Positions 19,241-29,130 of a DNA stretch of 64,000 nucleotides are shown piece by piece (within the stretch, counting starts at the first letter, position 1; the number at the start of each line of letters is the position of its first letter). The stretch lies in IMG/VR virus record IMGVR_UViG_3300046534_001281, positions 7,814 through 71,813 of that record. One strand, given 5' to 3'. This DNA is from a virus. The translations under genes and the position numbers were made by a program. Under the pieces are notes generated by a model that was given only the letters and a program-made list of their open reading frames with translations, did not search any database and was not told where the DNA came from.

Positions 19241-20131
19241 ATGGAAAAATTATTCGAGAGCCTATTCAGCGACCAAGAGGGTGTGTTTTCTGAATCTACC
19301 CAAAAATCTATTATGGAGGCATTCGATGCCAAAGTATTAGTAGTAGCCGAAGAAAGATCCATTCTCGCAACCGAAGCTATGGATAAGAGCCATACTATCA
19401 TGTTACAGCAACTTGTAGAAAGTCACAATACAAAGCTTAAGACTGAATTGAAATCTCTTGAAGAGTCAATTGATACCGAGCATACAGAAAAGGTTGAAAA
19501 CCTTTTTGTTAAGCTTGATGAAGATCGTGCCCACAAATTACAAGGGGTTAAAGATTACTACGAAGGTCTGCTTAATGAGTCTGTTAAGACCGAGAGTGAT
19601 GTTCTGGTCGAAGCTGTTGATAAGTTTCTTGATACATGGTTGGAAGAAAAAGTTCCTACTGAGTTTCTAGAGGAAGCGGCTAAGAAAGATTATAGCCAAG
19701 ACCTTCTTAAGAAGATTTCAAACCTAGTTGGTATTAATGAGTCGGTTGATTCTGATATCAGAGAAGGTCTTACGGATGCCCGCAATCTTATTGATCGCCA
19801 AAGCAAGATTATCGACGATCTTAAAAAGGATAACTTCCTTCGTGAATCTACTAACAAACTTCCAGTGCTTGAAAAACAGCAAATTATGGAAAGCTTCGAA
19901 GGACACGACTTTGAATTTACTAAAAGGAATTTTAGTTTTCAACAAAAACAAATCTCTAAAGACAAAGAAGCTTCTGATCGTGTAGTTCAGGAACAAACTT
20001 CTAGTCAAAATGTTGATCAATCCCGAGTGCTTAATGAGCAAGTAGGGGTGGATAAAGAAGAGGAACCTAAATCTGTGTTGGCGGGTTGGGCAGAAATGTT
20101 AAATAGCGGTTACGGTGTTTACGGACGTTAA
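19241..20131 (+). CDS. gp22: prohead scaffold protein
   Basis: Helical, acidic; VDKFLDTWLEE; many LxE|S sites; immediately upstream of gp23. Confidence 0.8.
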   Translation: MEKLFESLFSDQEGVFSESTQKSIMEAFDAKVLVVAEERSILATEAMDKSHTIMLQQLVESHNTKLKTELKSLEESIDTEHTEKVENLFVKLDEDRAHKLQGVKDYYEGLLNESVKTESDVLVEAVDKFLDTWLEEKVPTEFLEEAAKKDYSQDLLKKISNLVGINESVDSDIREGLTDARNLIDRQSKIIDDLKKDNFLRESTNKLPVLEKQQIMESFEGHDFEFTKRNFSFQQKQISKDKEASDRVVQEQTSSQNVDQSRVLNEQVGVDKEEEPKSVLAGWAEMLNSGYGVYGR

Positions 20132-20172
20132 TATTTCTTAAAAAATAAACAAACACTACAAAATATAATAAT

Positions 20173-21720
20173 ATGAATGCATATGATATCGACCTCACCT
20201 CGAAGCAACGCGAGGAAAGAGTCCTAAAGACATGGCAACCTCTTCTTGAATCCACAGATACAACTCTTCGTGGTTTCAAGAATACCAAACAGGCTGTCCA
20301 AACCGCTGTTCTCTTAGAGAATCAGTACCGCCACATGGCACAGAACCCAGATACTTATGGTGCTCTCCCTACCCTTAATCAGGTTATCGGAGAATCCCTT
20401 AATACTCAAGGAACTTTCCATGCGTATGGTAATGGTGATGCTGCTTTTGGAGCAACACTTAATCAGCCAGTAAATGGCCAGTATGGTAATACTGTTTCCC
20501 CTACCAATAATGACTTCTATGCAAGAGGTGATGCTCGTCTTCCGAACGTGGTTATGCCAATGATTCGCAGAACGTTCCCAGAACTACTTGCTAATGAGAT
20601 TGTTGGAGTTCAGCCTATGTCTTCCCCCGTTGGAATGGCGTTTGCTCTTCGCTTCCAATATGATTCTGAGTCACTTGCTGATTTCTCTCCTGACGGCGGG
20701 AACACTGCTAACAGTGCCCCTCCTGCTTATAGAACTGCTAGTAATGGTGTTGAAGCATCACACAACCATCTTAACACTGCGTTCACCGGAACATTGAATG
20801 CCGATCTCGACGGTATCGAAGCTGGTGTATCTCAAGCTAACGGTGTTGATACTGATACTGCTGACTTTGCATACCCTGCACAAGATCAAGGTGTCGCTCG
20901 TCTACTCGCAGATGTTGAACTTACTACTGATATTCCTCAGATGAGTCTCACCATCGAAAAGACCGCAGTTGAAGCCGGTTCTCGTAAACTTGCTGTTAAG
21001 TTCTCTTTGGAACTTGAGCAAGATCTTCAGAACATGCACTCAATCTCGGTTGATGATGAAATGACTAACATGATGTCTTATGAATTGCAAGCTGAAATTG
21101 ATCGCGAGCTTCTTATGAGAATTATCAAGTCCACTCTTTCGGCTGGACCAGAACGTGGTTACACAATCTGGAATCCTGCTAATGCAGATGGTCGTTGGTC
21201 CGCAGAACGTTCGGTTAACTTGTGGCAAGCAATTCGTGTTCAATCACGTTTGGTTGGTCTTCGTAACAGACGTGGAGCTGCCAACTTCGCAGTTGTAACT
21301 CCTTATGTTGCGGCTATCCTTGAAACTCTTCCTAACTTCAAAGCTTTCGAGATTGATGCAAACGTTGAGCAAGTATTCGGTAACTCTCGCGCAGGAACTC
21401 TTGGAGCACTTAAGGTGTTCGTTGATACCCGCTCTGAGTCTCAGTATCAGTCCGCTATCCGTGATACCCGTGTTGACTATATCCTTCTTGGTTATAAAGG
21501 CGCAGATACAGGTGATTGTGGTTTGGTTTATCTCCCTTACATCCCAGTTCAGGTGCAACGCACTATGGCTGCGAATGATTTCGGACAGAGAATCGGCCTA
21601 TCCACTAGATATGCTATCGCCGCAAATTTGAACGGGTCTAGCAATTATTACCATATGATAATAATGAAAGGGCTTACTGACGGTATCGATGGAACCGAAA
21701 CTAAGCAATTTGCTTGGTAA
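20173..21720 (+). CDS. gp23: major capsid protein
   Basis: LLENQ, RRTFPELLANEIVGVQPM, SRKL..ELEQDL, EIDRE, LGYKG, YLPYIP, TRY. Confidence 0.97.
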   Translation: MNAYDIDLTSKQREERVLKTWQPLLESTDTTLRGFKNTKQAVQTAVLLENQYRHMAQNPDTYGALPTLNQVIGESLNTQGTFHAYGNGDAAFGATLNQPVNGQYGNTVSPTNNDFYARGDARLPNVVMPMIRRTFPELLANEIVGVQPMSSPVGMAFALRFQYDSESLADFSPDGGNTANSAPPAYRTASNGVEASHNHLNTAFTGTLNADLDGIEAGVSQANGVDTDTADFAYPAQDQGVARLLADVELTTDIPQMSLTIEKTAVEAGSRKLAVKFSLELEQDLQNMHSISVDDEMTNMMSYELQAEIDRELLMRIIKSTLSAGPERGYTIWNPANADGRWSAERSVNLWQAIRVQSRLVGLRNRRGAANFAVVTPYVAAILETLPNFKAFEIDANVEQVFGNSRAGTLGALKVFVDTRSESQYQSAIRDTRVDYILLGYKGADTGDCGLVYLPYIPVQVQRTMAANDFGQRIGLSTRYAIAANLNGSSNYYHMIIMKGLTDGIDGTETKQFAW

Positions 21721-21741
21721 GTTTTAATACCTAAAAATTCC

Positions 21742-21775
21742 AAAGAGCGTAACTTAAATGTTACGCTCTTTTTTT
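21742..21775 (+). terminator. intrinsic terminator after gp23
   Basis: AAAGAGCGTAAC-ttaaat-GTTACGCTCTTTTTTT. Confidence 0.9.
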
Positions 21776-21810
21776 GTTGACAAAGGTAGCAATTTGGTTA
21801 TATTTGTCTT

Positions 21811-22122
21811 GTGAAAAAAGGTGGTAATGAAACATTCATTAAAAAATCAAAACAAAAATTTGGCGATAGATACACCTATGGAGAAACAGTTTACAGTGGC
21901 TCAAAAACCCCTCTAAGCTTTCGTTGTAAGGAACATCAAACTCTGATTACATTAACACCAGAATCCCATTATAGGAGTAAGAACGGTGGTTGTAAAAAAT
22001 GTTTTACTGCTTCTTATAGAAAAGACTCGTCTTATTTCATCGAAAAGTCTAAAAAGCAATTTCCCGATAAATTTGAATATGCAAGGTCACGGGTTCAACC
22101 GAATCTGGGATTGCGGAAATAA
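21811..22122 (+). pseudogene. truncated homing-endonuclease fragment
   Basis: FIKKSKQKFGDRYTY..CKEH..GCKKC module like those at 9283 and 62040, ending with no nuclease domain. Confidence 0.6.
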
Positions 22123-22184
22123 TGTTTGGATTTGGGAAGATAAATCTTGACGTAACTCAGGAATAGTGGTAATATACCTACGTT

Positions 22185-22670
22185 GTGAGAGATTACCAGA
22201 TGAATAACGTGTATGAAGCAGAAGACTTGGCCTTTGAAGGCGAGGGATTTATCAACGAACTCACCAAAGAAGAAACAGAGAAAAAAGTCTGGGATATCCT
22301 TAATTCGGAATTCGTATTCGAATTAATCGAAGAATATAGTTTTGTAAACGAGGTGGACGCAGATTTCACAATAACCCTAAACGATAAACGACACAAATAC
22401 CCTAAAGCAGACGAGACGGGTGTGGTTTTTGCGGAGAACTCAAGATCCAACATTATTGTTTTACATGAACTGGCACACTCGCTGACTATGCATTCGTATT
22501 GTGAATCAACCACCCCTGAAGGTGTAAAATTCACGCCACATGGACCGCATTTTGCTTTCGTTTACCTCAAGCTTGTAGAAGAATTCTTAGAAGAAGAGTA
22601 TCTAAACCTGCTAGCTGCATTCATTTCAACAGATGTAGATTCAACTCCAGAAGAAATCAAAACTAAATAA
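22185..22670 (+). CDS. HEXXH zincin metallopeptidase-like (SprT-like) protein
   Basis: VLHELAH ... HGPHF. Confidence 0.7.
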   Translation: MRDYQMNNVYEAEDLAFEGEGFINELTKEETEKKVWDILNSEFVFELIEEYSFVNEVDADFTITLNDKRHKYPKADETGVVFAENSRSNIIVLHELAHSLTMHSYCESTTPEGVKFTPHGPHFAFVYLKLVEEFLEEEYLNLLAAFISTDVDSTPEEIKTK

Positions 22671-22673
22671 ACT

Positions 22674-22997
22674 ATGACTAAAAAAGAAGCAGACGTAATA
22701 ATCGAAAAGCTGTCAGAATCGGATAATCCGGATTACCCCGCAGCAAAGACCGAAGAACACGAAGATGGCGGATTTAACTTATTCGAATCTTTACCTGTAG
22801 AGTATCGGCTGAAAGCCGTCCTCACAAAGGATATTGTAATGGGTGAAGGAATCGTCGCTTATCGATATGAGAGAAATGACACACTTGAGGATGGATGGTT
22901 CCGGTCTTCTGCGGTCACTAAGATTGAAGAGGGGGACTCAGATGAAACACTAGTCTCTACGAGAAACAGCATCTACAAAATCACACCTAACAAATAA
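22674..22997 (+). CDS. hypothetical protein
   Basis: WFRSSAVTKI..TRNSIY motif. Confidence 0.55.
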   Translation: MTKKEADVIIEKLSESDNPDYPAAKTEEHEDGGFNLFESLPVEYRLKAVLTKDIVMGEGIVAYRYERNDTLEDGWFRSSAVTKIEEGDSDETLVSTRNSIYKITPNK

Positions 22998-23302
22998 TGA
23001 AATATTTTATACTACCACTATTGCTCATTAGCCTGTCTTCTTGTGTTCCGCATTCGTATGTTCAAACTACGGAATATTCGGCGACAGGTGAGGTTGTTTC
23101 AAATTCTAAAGAGACCACCCCAACCGCGTCAGAACCCGTAAGACGAGTCGTGGTAAGGCGACAATACACCCCACCAGTATATTACACACGTTCTCCTTGG
23201 TGTTCCCAAACATCCTATGTTGACCCTTACCCTTGGTTGTCTAATAGAAGTTGCTATAGGTTCCCGACATATAGAGTATGGCACGGTGGGGGAATTCGCT
23301 AG
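22997..23302 (+). CDS. putative lipoprotein
   Basis: MKYFILPLLLISLSS|C lipobox-like signal. Confidence 0.55.
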   Translation: MKYFILPLLLISLSSCVPHSYVQTTEYSATGEVVSNSKETTPTASEPVRRVVVRRQYTPPVYYTRSPWCSQTSYVDPYPWLSNRSCYRFPTYRVWHGGGIR

Positions 23303-23811
23303 TCGATATCAATAACCTTTGGTTCATCCTCTGACTTTTCGATCTTATCAAGACCCTTAAGGCAGTCGGTGATCCCGCCATAAAAATGGTTATTGTTTTG
23401 GGTATTAGTTACTATTTTTTTAGTGTCGCCTCTCTTTTCTAATTCGATTAGTTTGTGTTCTAACTTAATATCAGCCATTGCCTTATCGTGGGCCATCTTT
23501 TCTTTCCTTGCTTCTCTGGCATCTAGCTTTCCTGCTGTGTTGTTAGCGTGTCCTATTAGGGCAGCAAGACCTTGGAGAGTTGATTCGTAGGTGTCGCCAG
23601 CTTCGACTTTATCGATTAATTCATTAGTAGCCCTTTTTAACTTATCAGCGACATCACTTAATGTTGAATAGAATGTGTCAACGACATTATCCTCATTAAT
23701 TCTTTCTGCTTCTTTTTGGATTCTGGGGGTTTTCTCTGGCAATTGATCCAATTCCAAGGTATCATCCTCTAATTCTGCCAAAAGATCGTCTAAGTCATCT
23801 GATTCGCTCAT
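23299..23811 (-). CDS. gp16: terminase small subunit
   Basis: Helical core and C-term TQNNNHFYGGITDCLK resembling T4-like gp16; TAATTA-N5-ATG. Confidence 0.6.
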   Translation of the reverse strand: MSESDDLDDLLAELEDDTLELDQLPEKTPRIQKEAERINEDNVVDTFYSTLSDVADKLKRATNELIDKVEAGDTYESTLQGLAALIGHANNTAGKLDAREARKEKMAHDKAMADIKLEHKLIELEKRGDTKKIVTNTQNNNHFYGGITDCLKGLDKIEKSEDEPKVIDID

Positions 23812-23867
23812 AAAAATAATTAGGTATTTTACTTGTCAAAACCAACTTTTACTTATATACTAAACAA

Positions 23868-24629
23868 ATGACCGAAGACATGGAACCAAAAAACAAAGAC
23901 AGACCCGTAATTTTGGCGGGTGACACCCACGGGGATTTTACCGCATTACATCGTTATCTGAAACAAGGGGTGTTGGATGATTCTTTGCTTATTCAGGTCG
24001 GTGATTTTATGGGGTTTGATGCTAAAGTTTGGGACGGGGATAAGAGTAAGTCTAAAATGTTTCGAAGTTTGGAAATTTTAAACAAATCGCTCCAAGCGCA
24101 TAATTGTTTTCTGGAAGCTATTCGCGGGAATCACGAAAATCCCGACTGGTGGTCCGACTCTAAAATGAATCAAGATTTTAATCAAACTTTTAGTAATATT
24201 ACACTCTTACCAGATTACTATAGTAAAACTATTAATGGTAAAAAAATTCTATTCCTAGGCGGTGGCGTATCGGTTGATCGCCATGTAAGAGTTCCAAATG
24301 TATCTTATTGGAAAGAAGAGGAAGTTAGCGAGCCAAGATTTACCCTAACTGAACACGATATTCTTATTTCACACACTTGTCCTAGTTATTTTAACTTTGG
24401 ACCTAAAAATAAAGAAAGTCTTTTGATGCGCTGGGCGCATGCGAATGATCCCGAACTTGAGGATGATTTGGTGCGAGAACGAGAGATTATGGATCACGTT
24501 GTTCAAGTCACTCAAGTAAAAAATATTTACGGAGGACATTTCCACCACACTTCCAAAGAAGAGAAAAATGGCGTCAAATACCAATGTCTGGATATTGATG
24601 AACTACAAGAATTAACATTTGATGAATAG
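23868..24629 (+). CDS. calcineurin-like metallophosphoesterase
   Basis: GDTHG, VGDF, RGNHE, SHTCP, GHFH. Confidence 0.9.
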   Translation: MTEDMEPKNKDRPVILAGDTHGDFTALHRYLKQGVLDDSLLIQVGDFMGFDAKVWDGDKSKSKMFRSLEILNKSLQAHNCFLEAIRGNHENPDWWSDSKMNQDFNQTFSNITLLPDYYSKTINGKKILFLGGGVSVDRHVRVPNVSYWKEEEVSEPRFTLTEHDILISHTCPSYFNFGPKNKESLLMRWAHANDPELEDDLVREREIMDHVVQVTQVKNIYGGHFHHTSKEEKNGVKYQCLDIDELQELTFDE

Positions 24630-25227
24630 GAAAATTTATATTGACTTGGATGAGACCTTGATCAACTCACATGGAGTGTGGGAATCCAACATAGACATCA
24701 ACACAGACTTTAACTACTGGGAATGGCAATGTGTGGATGGTGTTGGATATTCCATGCATGTAGAGCGTTTCGTAACATATCTTAGACCGTTTGCCTTAGA
24801 GTTCGTGAAGGAACTACAGGACGAATATGGTTTAGATAACGTATTTATTCTAACTGCTGCCTCTGATGATTATGCAATTGCTATTATCGATCACTTCAAT
24901 TTTGATATTCCTAGAGGGCAGATCCTAGCAAGACAACATTACACTGGATCTAACCCTATTCTAAATAAACGAGATCCGGTAGATAATCCAGTATTGATCG
25001 ACAACCAATACCACAGCGAACCTAATGCAAAAAAGAAAATTAAATTTCTGGGAGGTTCTAAGGCCGTTAAATACCACAACATCGAACCGTTTTACGTTAG
25101 TTTGAACTCAACACCAGAACATAGCGACCATAAACAAGTATTTAAACAGATTTCTGATGCCGTTCGGGATGTTAATAGAGGCGTTATTATGCACGTTTCT
25201 AGACACAAAGGAAAAGAATACCTCTAA
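24619..25227 (+). CDS. HAD/FCP1(NIF)-like phosphatase
   Basis: IDLDETLI, LRPFA, ILTAA, LIDN. Confidence 0.8.
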   Translation: MMNRKIYIDLDETLINSHGVWESNIDINTDFNYWEWQCVDGVGYSMHVERFVTYLRPFALEFVKELQDEYGLDNVFILTAASDDYAIAIIDHFNFDIPRGQILARQHYTGSNPILNKRDPVDNPVLIDNQYHSEPNAKKKIKFLGGSKAVKYHNIEPFYVSLNSTPEHSDHKQVFKQISDAVRDVNRGVIMHVSRHKGKEYL

Positions 25228-25361
25228 GTCGTTGAAAATCAGTGAAAAGCAATTTTTATTTAAAATAGAATAGTTTTTACTGGACAAAATCTCATTTTAG
25301 GTTAAGTTGTTGGTGTTGGAGGGGAACAAACCTCCACAACAACCCTAAACTACCTAATAAC

Positions 25362-26447
25362 ATGTCCCACTGTATTGAAGCTAATGATAAGATCCTCGTC
25401 CCAGCCGTAACCGGATACTCCGCATGGCACGGACTTGAAACCCCAATCCTCGGCGGGATCACTCTTGAGAGTGTCCAAGAAGAAGGTCTCCACTTCCCAC
25501 TCTGCATTCACGAATGTCTCTCGTTGGATAAGGACGGCAATACCCACCAAGTGGACGGTCGCCAAATTGTCTGCGCTGACGTTTCAGAACGTCCCGACAT
25601 TCCCCGCGACTTTATCCATCTCAACGTTCCCACTAAGCGGTATACGCTTATTGAGAATGAGCGGGTCTGGGAAGCAATGGCATCTTCGCTCGAAGGAGTT
25701 ACTGACTACAAGGTTTCTTGTGTCGGAACACTCGGAGGTCTTAAGCGTTACTTCATCTCAGTTGAGCTTGGTGACGATTCTCGGACCACCATCAACGGGG
25801 ATGAGTTCCACTCTCACCTGAACTTCATCACATCCCACGATGGATCTATGGCTTTTGAAGCTCATGACTCTAACGTTCGGATCGTTTGCCAAAACACTCT
25901 CAATTGGAGCATGGCGGCAAAGCACAATCTCGGTCTCAGTGTCCACCACAATGCCAAGAATACCGATCTTCGTCTCAAAGGAGTTGAGCAAATGATCCAA
26001 GATGTCATGGCTGGTCGTGCAACATTCGCTGATGTCATGGTCAACTTCGCAGCAATCGAAGCTGATGCTGAGTTGGCACGGGGAATCGTTAGCGGTTACT
26101 ACTCCAACCTCCCAGCCTTTAACAAAACCAAAGGGTTCTCAACCAAGGCTCGTAACCATATCGACAACATCGTTGAGTTGTCCTCAACTGGGCGGGGCAA
26201 CCACGGTAAGAGTGTTTACGACATTGTCAACGGGGCAACTGAGTTCTACACTTCAGGACTCGGAGTAGGTAATGATCGGGGAGACAATCGCGGAAAGCAA
26301 GTCTTCTCTTCACAGTTTGGAACAGCTTCCCGCCACAAGGCAAACTTTGTAAGCCTTGTTCGTGAGAATGTAGGTAACGGTAACCTGAAAGAGTTCGCTG
26401 ATGCTGGCAACAGGGCTTACGAAATCGAGGTCGCAGCAGCTAACTAA
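25362..26447 (+). CDS. DUF932/DUF945-like phage/plasmid protein
   Basis: AWHGL, RYTLIEN, SHDGS, VRIVCQNTL, NGATEF. Confidence 0.8.
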   Translation: MSHCIEANDKILVPAVTGYSAWHGLETPILGGITLESVQEEGLHFPLCIHECLSLDKDGNTHQVDGRQIVCADVSERPDIPRDFIHLNVPTKRYTLIENERVWEAMASSLEGVTDYKVSCVGTLGGLKRYFISVELGDDSRTTINGDEFHSHLNFITSHDGSMAFEAHDSNVRIVCQNTLNWSMAAKHNLGLSVHHNAKNTDLRLKGVEQMIQDVMAGRATFADVMVNFAAIEADAELARGIVSGYYSNLPAFNKTKGFSTKARNHIDNIVELSSTGRGNHGKSVYDIVNGATEFYTSGLGVGNDRGDNRGKQVFSSQFGTASRHKANFVSLVRENVGNGNLKEFADAGNRAYEIEVAAAN

Positions 26448-26469
26448 AGTTAACAACTTTTCATAACAC

Positions 26470-26502
26470 AATCTCTCACCTCGAAAGGGGTGAGAGATTT
26501 TT
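26470..26502 (+). terminator. intrinsic terminator
   Basis: AATCTCTCACCTC-GAAA-GGGGTGAGAGATTTTT. Confidence 0.9.
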
Positions 26503-26539
26503 CATTGACACCATAAACTTTAACTGGTAATATATAGCC

Positions 26540-27088
26540 ATGTTAACCATAGAAGAAACCAAAGAATGGGCCAAGGAACAACATGATGCTATCGGACAGA
26601 AGCGAGCAGACGGGGCTCCTTATTGGACTCATGTCTTCCGTGTAGCCAAAACTGTATCGGATTATTATAAAGACGAACCAGATCACGATATCGTTGTTAA
26701 GGCTGCCTTATGCCACGACATCATTGAAGACACGCCAGTAAACTTCGAAGAGTTGGTGCAGAAAATTGGAATAATAGCTTCATCGATTGTAATTGAAGTC
26801 ACGAATCAATACACTAAAGAGGATTATCCTAAATGGGATCGAAAAAAGCGTAAGGAGGGTGAGGCGAAAAAGCTCGGACTCGCTTCCTTTAATGCCAAGG
26901 TGGTCAAGCTTGCCGATATTATTGACAACCTTTCTGATGTAGATGAAAAGCGACCAAAAATGGCCAGTAAATATAAAAAGGAAAAGGGTTGGGTTTTGGA
27001 CCGGATGGTGGAAGACATGCCATTCATTGTCAATACTGATATCTTCAAACGAGCAAGGTGGCTTCAAACGAGCAAGGTGGTTGGCTAA
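26540..27088 (+). CDS. HD-domain (p)ppGpp-hydrolase-like protein (SpoT-HD/Mesh1-like)
   Basis: H..QKR.DG.PYWTH..RVA, AALCHDIIEDT, VKLADIIDN. Confidence 0.85.
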   Translation: MLTIEETKEWAKEQHDAIGQKRADGAPYWTHVFRVAKTVSDYYKDEPDHDIVVKAALCHDIIEDTPVNFEELVQKIGIIASSIVIEVTNQYTKEDYPKWDRKKRKEGEAKKLGLASFNAKVVKLADIIDNLSDVDEKRPKMASKYKKEKGWVLDRMVEDMPFIVNTDIFKRARWLQTSKVVG

Positions 27089-27096
27089 TTAGAGAC

Positions 27097-27603
27097 ATGT
27101 CAATGTTTAATTGGGAATTATTTACAGAGGAAACAAACGTAAAGCTGCAAGGTTTATTGGACAAATATGATATTGAATATTATGTCGATCATACCACCGA
27201 GTCTAAATATTATTACAAAGAAATCGCCACCTACCAAAGTGAATTTGGCGGCGAACCATTTTTAAGAGTAAAGTGGGGCCAAGATAGGCATTCAACCATA
27301 GACATCCTTGATAGGTCTGAAGGCACTGTTACCGAGTCTCTAGTTTTCGGAGAACCCGACTCCAAGTTAGAAGATTTTGAAGTCTTTAGCGGTATTGATA
27401 ATGTAGAAGATTTTGTCCCAGACACAGAAGACTTTTCGTCCGTATACCACTTAAAAAATGGGGATTTTGATGATCCTGTTAAACGGAACGATATGTTCCC
27501 CGATTCCGAGGTTGAGGCTTACAGGACGAAATTCTTCGAAAACCAGATTGACGCAGTCACCGATCTTTTGATCGAGATTAAAGAAGAATATGAAGAGATG
27601 TGA
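27097..27603 (+). CDS. acidic hypothetical protein
   Basis: ORF; start re-assigned downstream of the HD stop. Confidence 0.55.
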   Translation: MSMFNWELFTEETNVKLQGLLDKYDIEYYVDHTTESKYYYKEIATYQSEFGGEPFLRVKWGQDRHSTIDILDRSEGTVTESLVFGEPDSKLEDFEVFSGIDNVEDFVPDTEDFSSVYHLKNGDFDDPVKRNDMFPDSEVEAYRTKFFENQIDAVTDLLIEIKEEYEEM

Positions 27604-27641
27604 GCGGAAGAAGAGGAGGACGAAAATGAATAATTAAAGAT

Positions 27642-28367
27642 ATGCCCAAGTTTAAAGAATTCTACCAAAGCTTTATCAAAGAGACTCCCGACTCTACCAT
27701 AGACTCTGCCGGAAATATAGTAGATTATGATGACGTAGGGGAGACATATACCTTCCTTATAGATAAGAAAACGGGCGAAAGTATTTGGGCCAAAACTATA
27801 CAAGATGGTCTATCGGTGACTCATAACAATTTGTATTCATGGGTTAGTTTTTCCAACACCCACGAAGATTATGAAGAATTTGGTATAGAGGTAATTAGCC
27901 ATTTAGGTAAAGATTCCACCGAACGGCTTAAGATGAATGGTGCGGGTTCCAGCAGAACTGCCGATGGGACTTTTATAGGTGGTAGGATTTTTAAAAGTTC
28001 CAACGTCATCTCGTTTTGGAATACAGAGGTTACCGTTAAAGAGCACTCAAAAATAATTAAAGATTTCATCGAAAATGACATGAAAATGAATTCCGATGAA
28101 ATTAACTACGATCTAATCGATATTGGTGGTAATAAAACTGCATCTACCTTATTCGGGACACAGGATGTTGATGAAGACAGGCTATCGCCAGAAGAGATCA
28201 AGAGATTGATGGAAATTCAACACATAGACCCATTAGCCAAGAAAAAGCTTAGACAGAATGCTGTGTTGGATGACGAAGGCACACCTAGAATGAGAGATTG
28301 GCGACACAACCTCATGAGGAGGTTGAGTGATAGTGTTGAGCATAATACAACAACTAAATTGGTATAA
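27642..28367 (+). CDS. putative internal head protein (CTS-like N-terminus), paralog A
   Basis: TAATTA-N5-ATG; MPKFKEFYQSFIKE; GRIF..ISFWNT. Confidence 0.65.
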   Translation: MPKFKEFYQSFIKETPDSTIDSAGNIVDYDDVGETYTFLIDKKTGESIWAKTIQDGLSVTHNNLYSWVSFSNTHEDYEEFGIEVISHLGKDSTERLKMNGAGSSRTADGTFIGGRIFKSSNVISFWNTEVTVKEHSKIIKDFIENDMKMNSDEINYDLIDIGGNKTASTLFGTQDVDEDRLSPEEIKRLMEIQHIDPLAKKKLRQNAVLDDEGTPRMRDWRHNLMRRLSDSVEHNTTTKLV

Positions 28368-28375
28368 TTAAAGAT

Positions 28376-29044
28376 ATGCCCAAGTTTAAAGAATTCTATA
28401 ATACCTTCCTCAAAGAATCTCCAGACACCTTCAAACATCAAGGTGAATCTATTCATTGGAAACAGGCAGGTAATGGTATAACTTTTACTCTATGGAATGA
28501 CCACGGGGTTTATGGTAATACCTCTGATGGAATTTTCCACGGACATACTACGGAGATTTTCACAGGAGAATTACCACACTCCAATTACCCCGATGCGAAA
28601 TGGTGGAACGGTGAGCCTACAAAGGACGTTAAGGAGGCTTTGAGGCAAATCAGTCACGGCTCTAAGGATGGCCTTTCGATCCACCGTGCGATGGATGGTA
28701 AGGTTCTAGCGGGTAGGGTATTTCCTAAATATAAAACTATTAGTTTTTGGAATACTGCGGAAGAAGGTTTGAGAGATGTCAAGATGTTGGAAAGTTTCTT
28801 GAAAGATATTGGTGTCGAAATGACAGATTATGCATATGATTTTATCAACAAGAAAGACCCGATCCAATTTGGACAAAACGGAGCAGCAACGAATGATGGT
28901 GATTTGTCAAAGGAAGAGATCGATGAGCTTATGCAGGTTCAACACTTTGACCCGATAGCAAAGAAAAAGCTTAGACAGAATGCTGGATACATAAAGTCTA
29001 AGCTCCCCCTTGGTTATAGCGTATTCAGTAGAAATTCAGATTAA
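28376..29044 (+). CDS. putative internal head protein (CTS-like N-terminus), paralog B
   Basis: TAATTA-N5-ATG; MPKFKEFYNTFLKE; GRVF..ISFWNT. Confidence 0.65.
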   Translation: MPKFKEFYNTFLKESPDTFKHQGESIHWKQAGNGITFTLWNDHGVYGNTSDGIFHGHTTEIFTGELPHSNYPDAKWWNGEPTKDVKEALRQISHGSKDGLSIHRAMDGKVLAGRVFPKYKTISFWNTAEEGLRDVKMLESFLKDIGVEMTDYAYDFINKKDPIQFGQNGAATNDGDLSKEEIDELMQVQHFDPIAKKKLRQNAGYIKSKLPLGYSVFSRNSD

Positions 29045-29130
29045 TGAACAATTTCTAAATTTAATTTTCTCCTAAAAAGAGTGAAAATAAACCTTGCAAA
29101 ATAAGAAAAACCATTATACTATAACGACTC

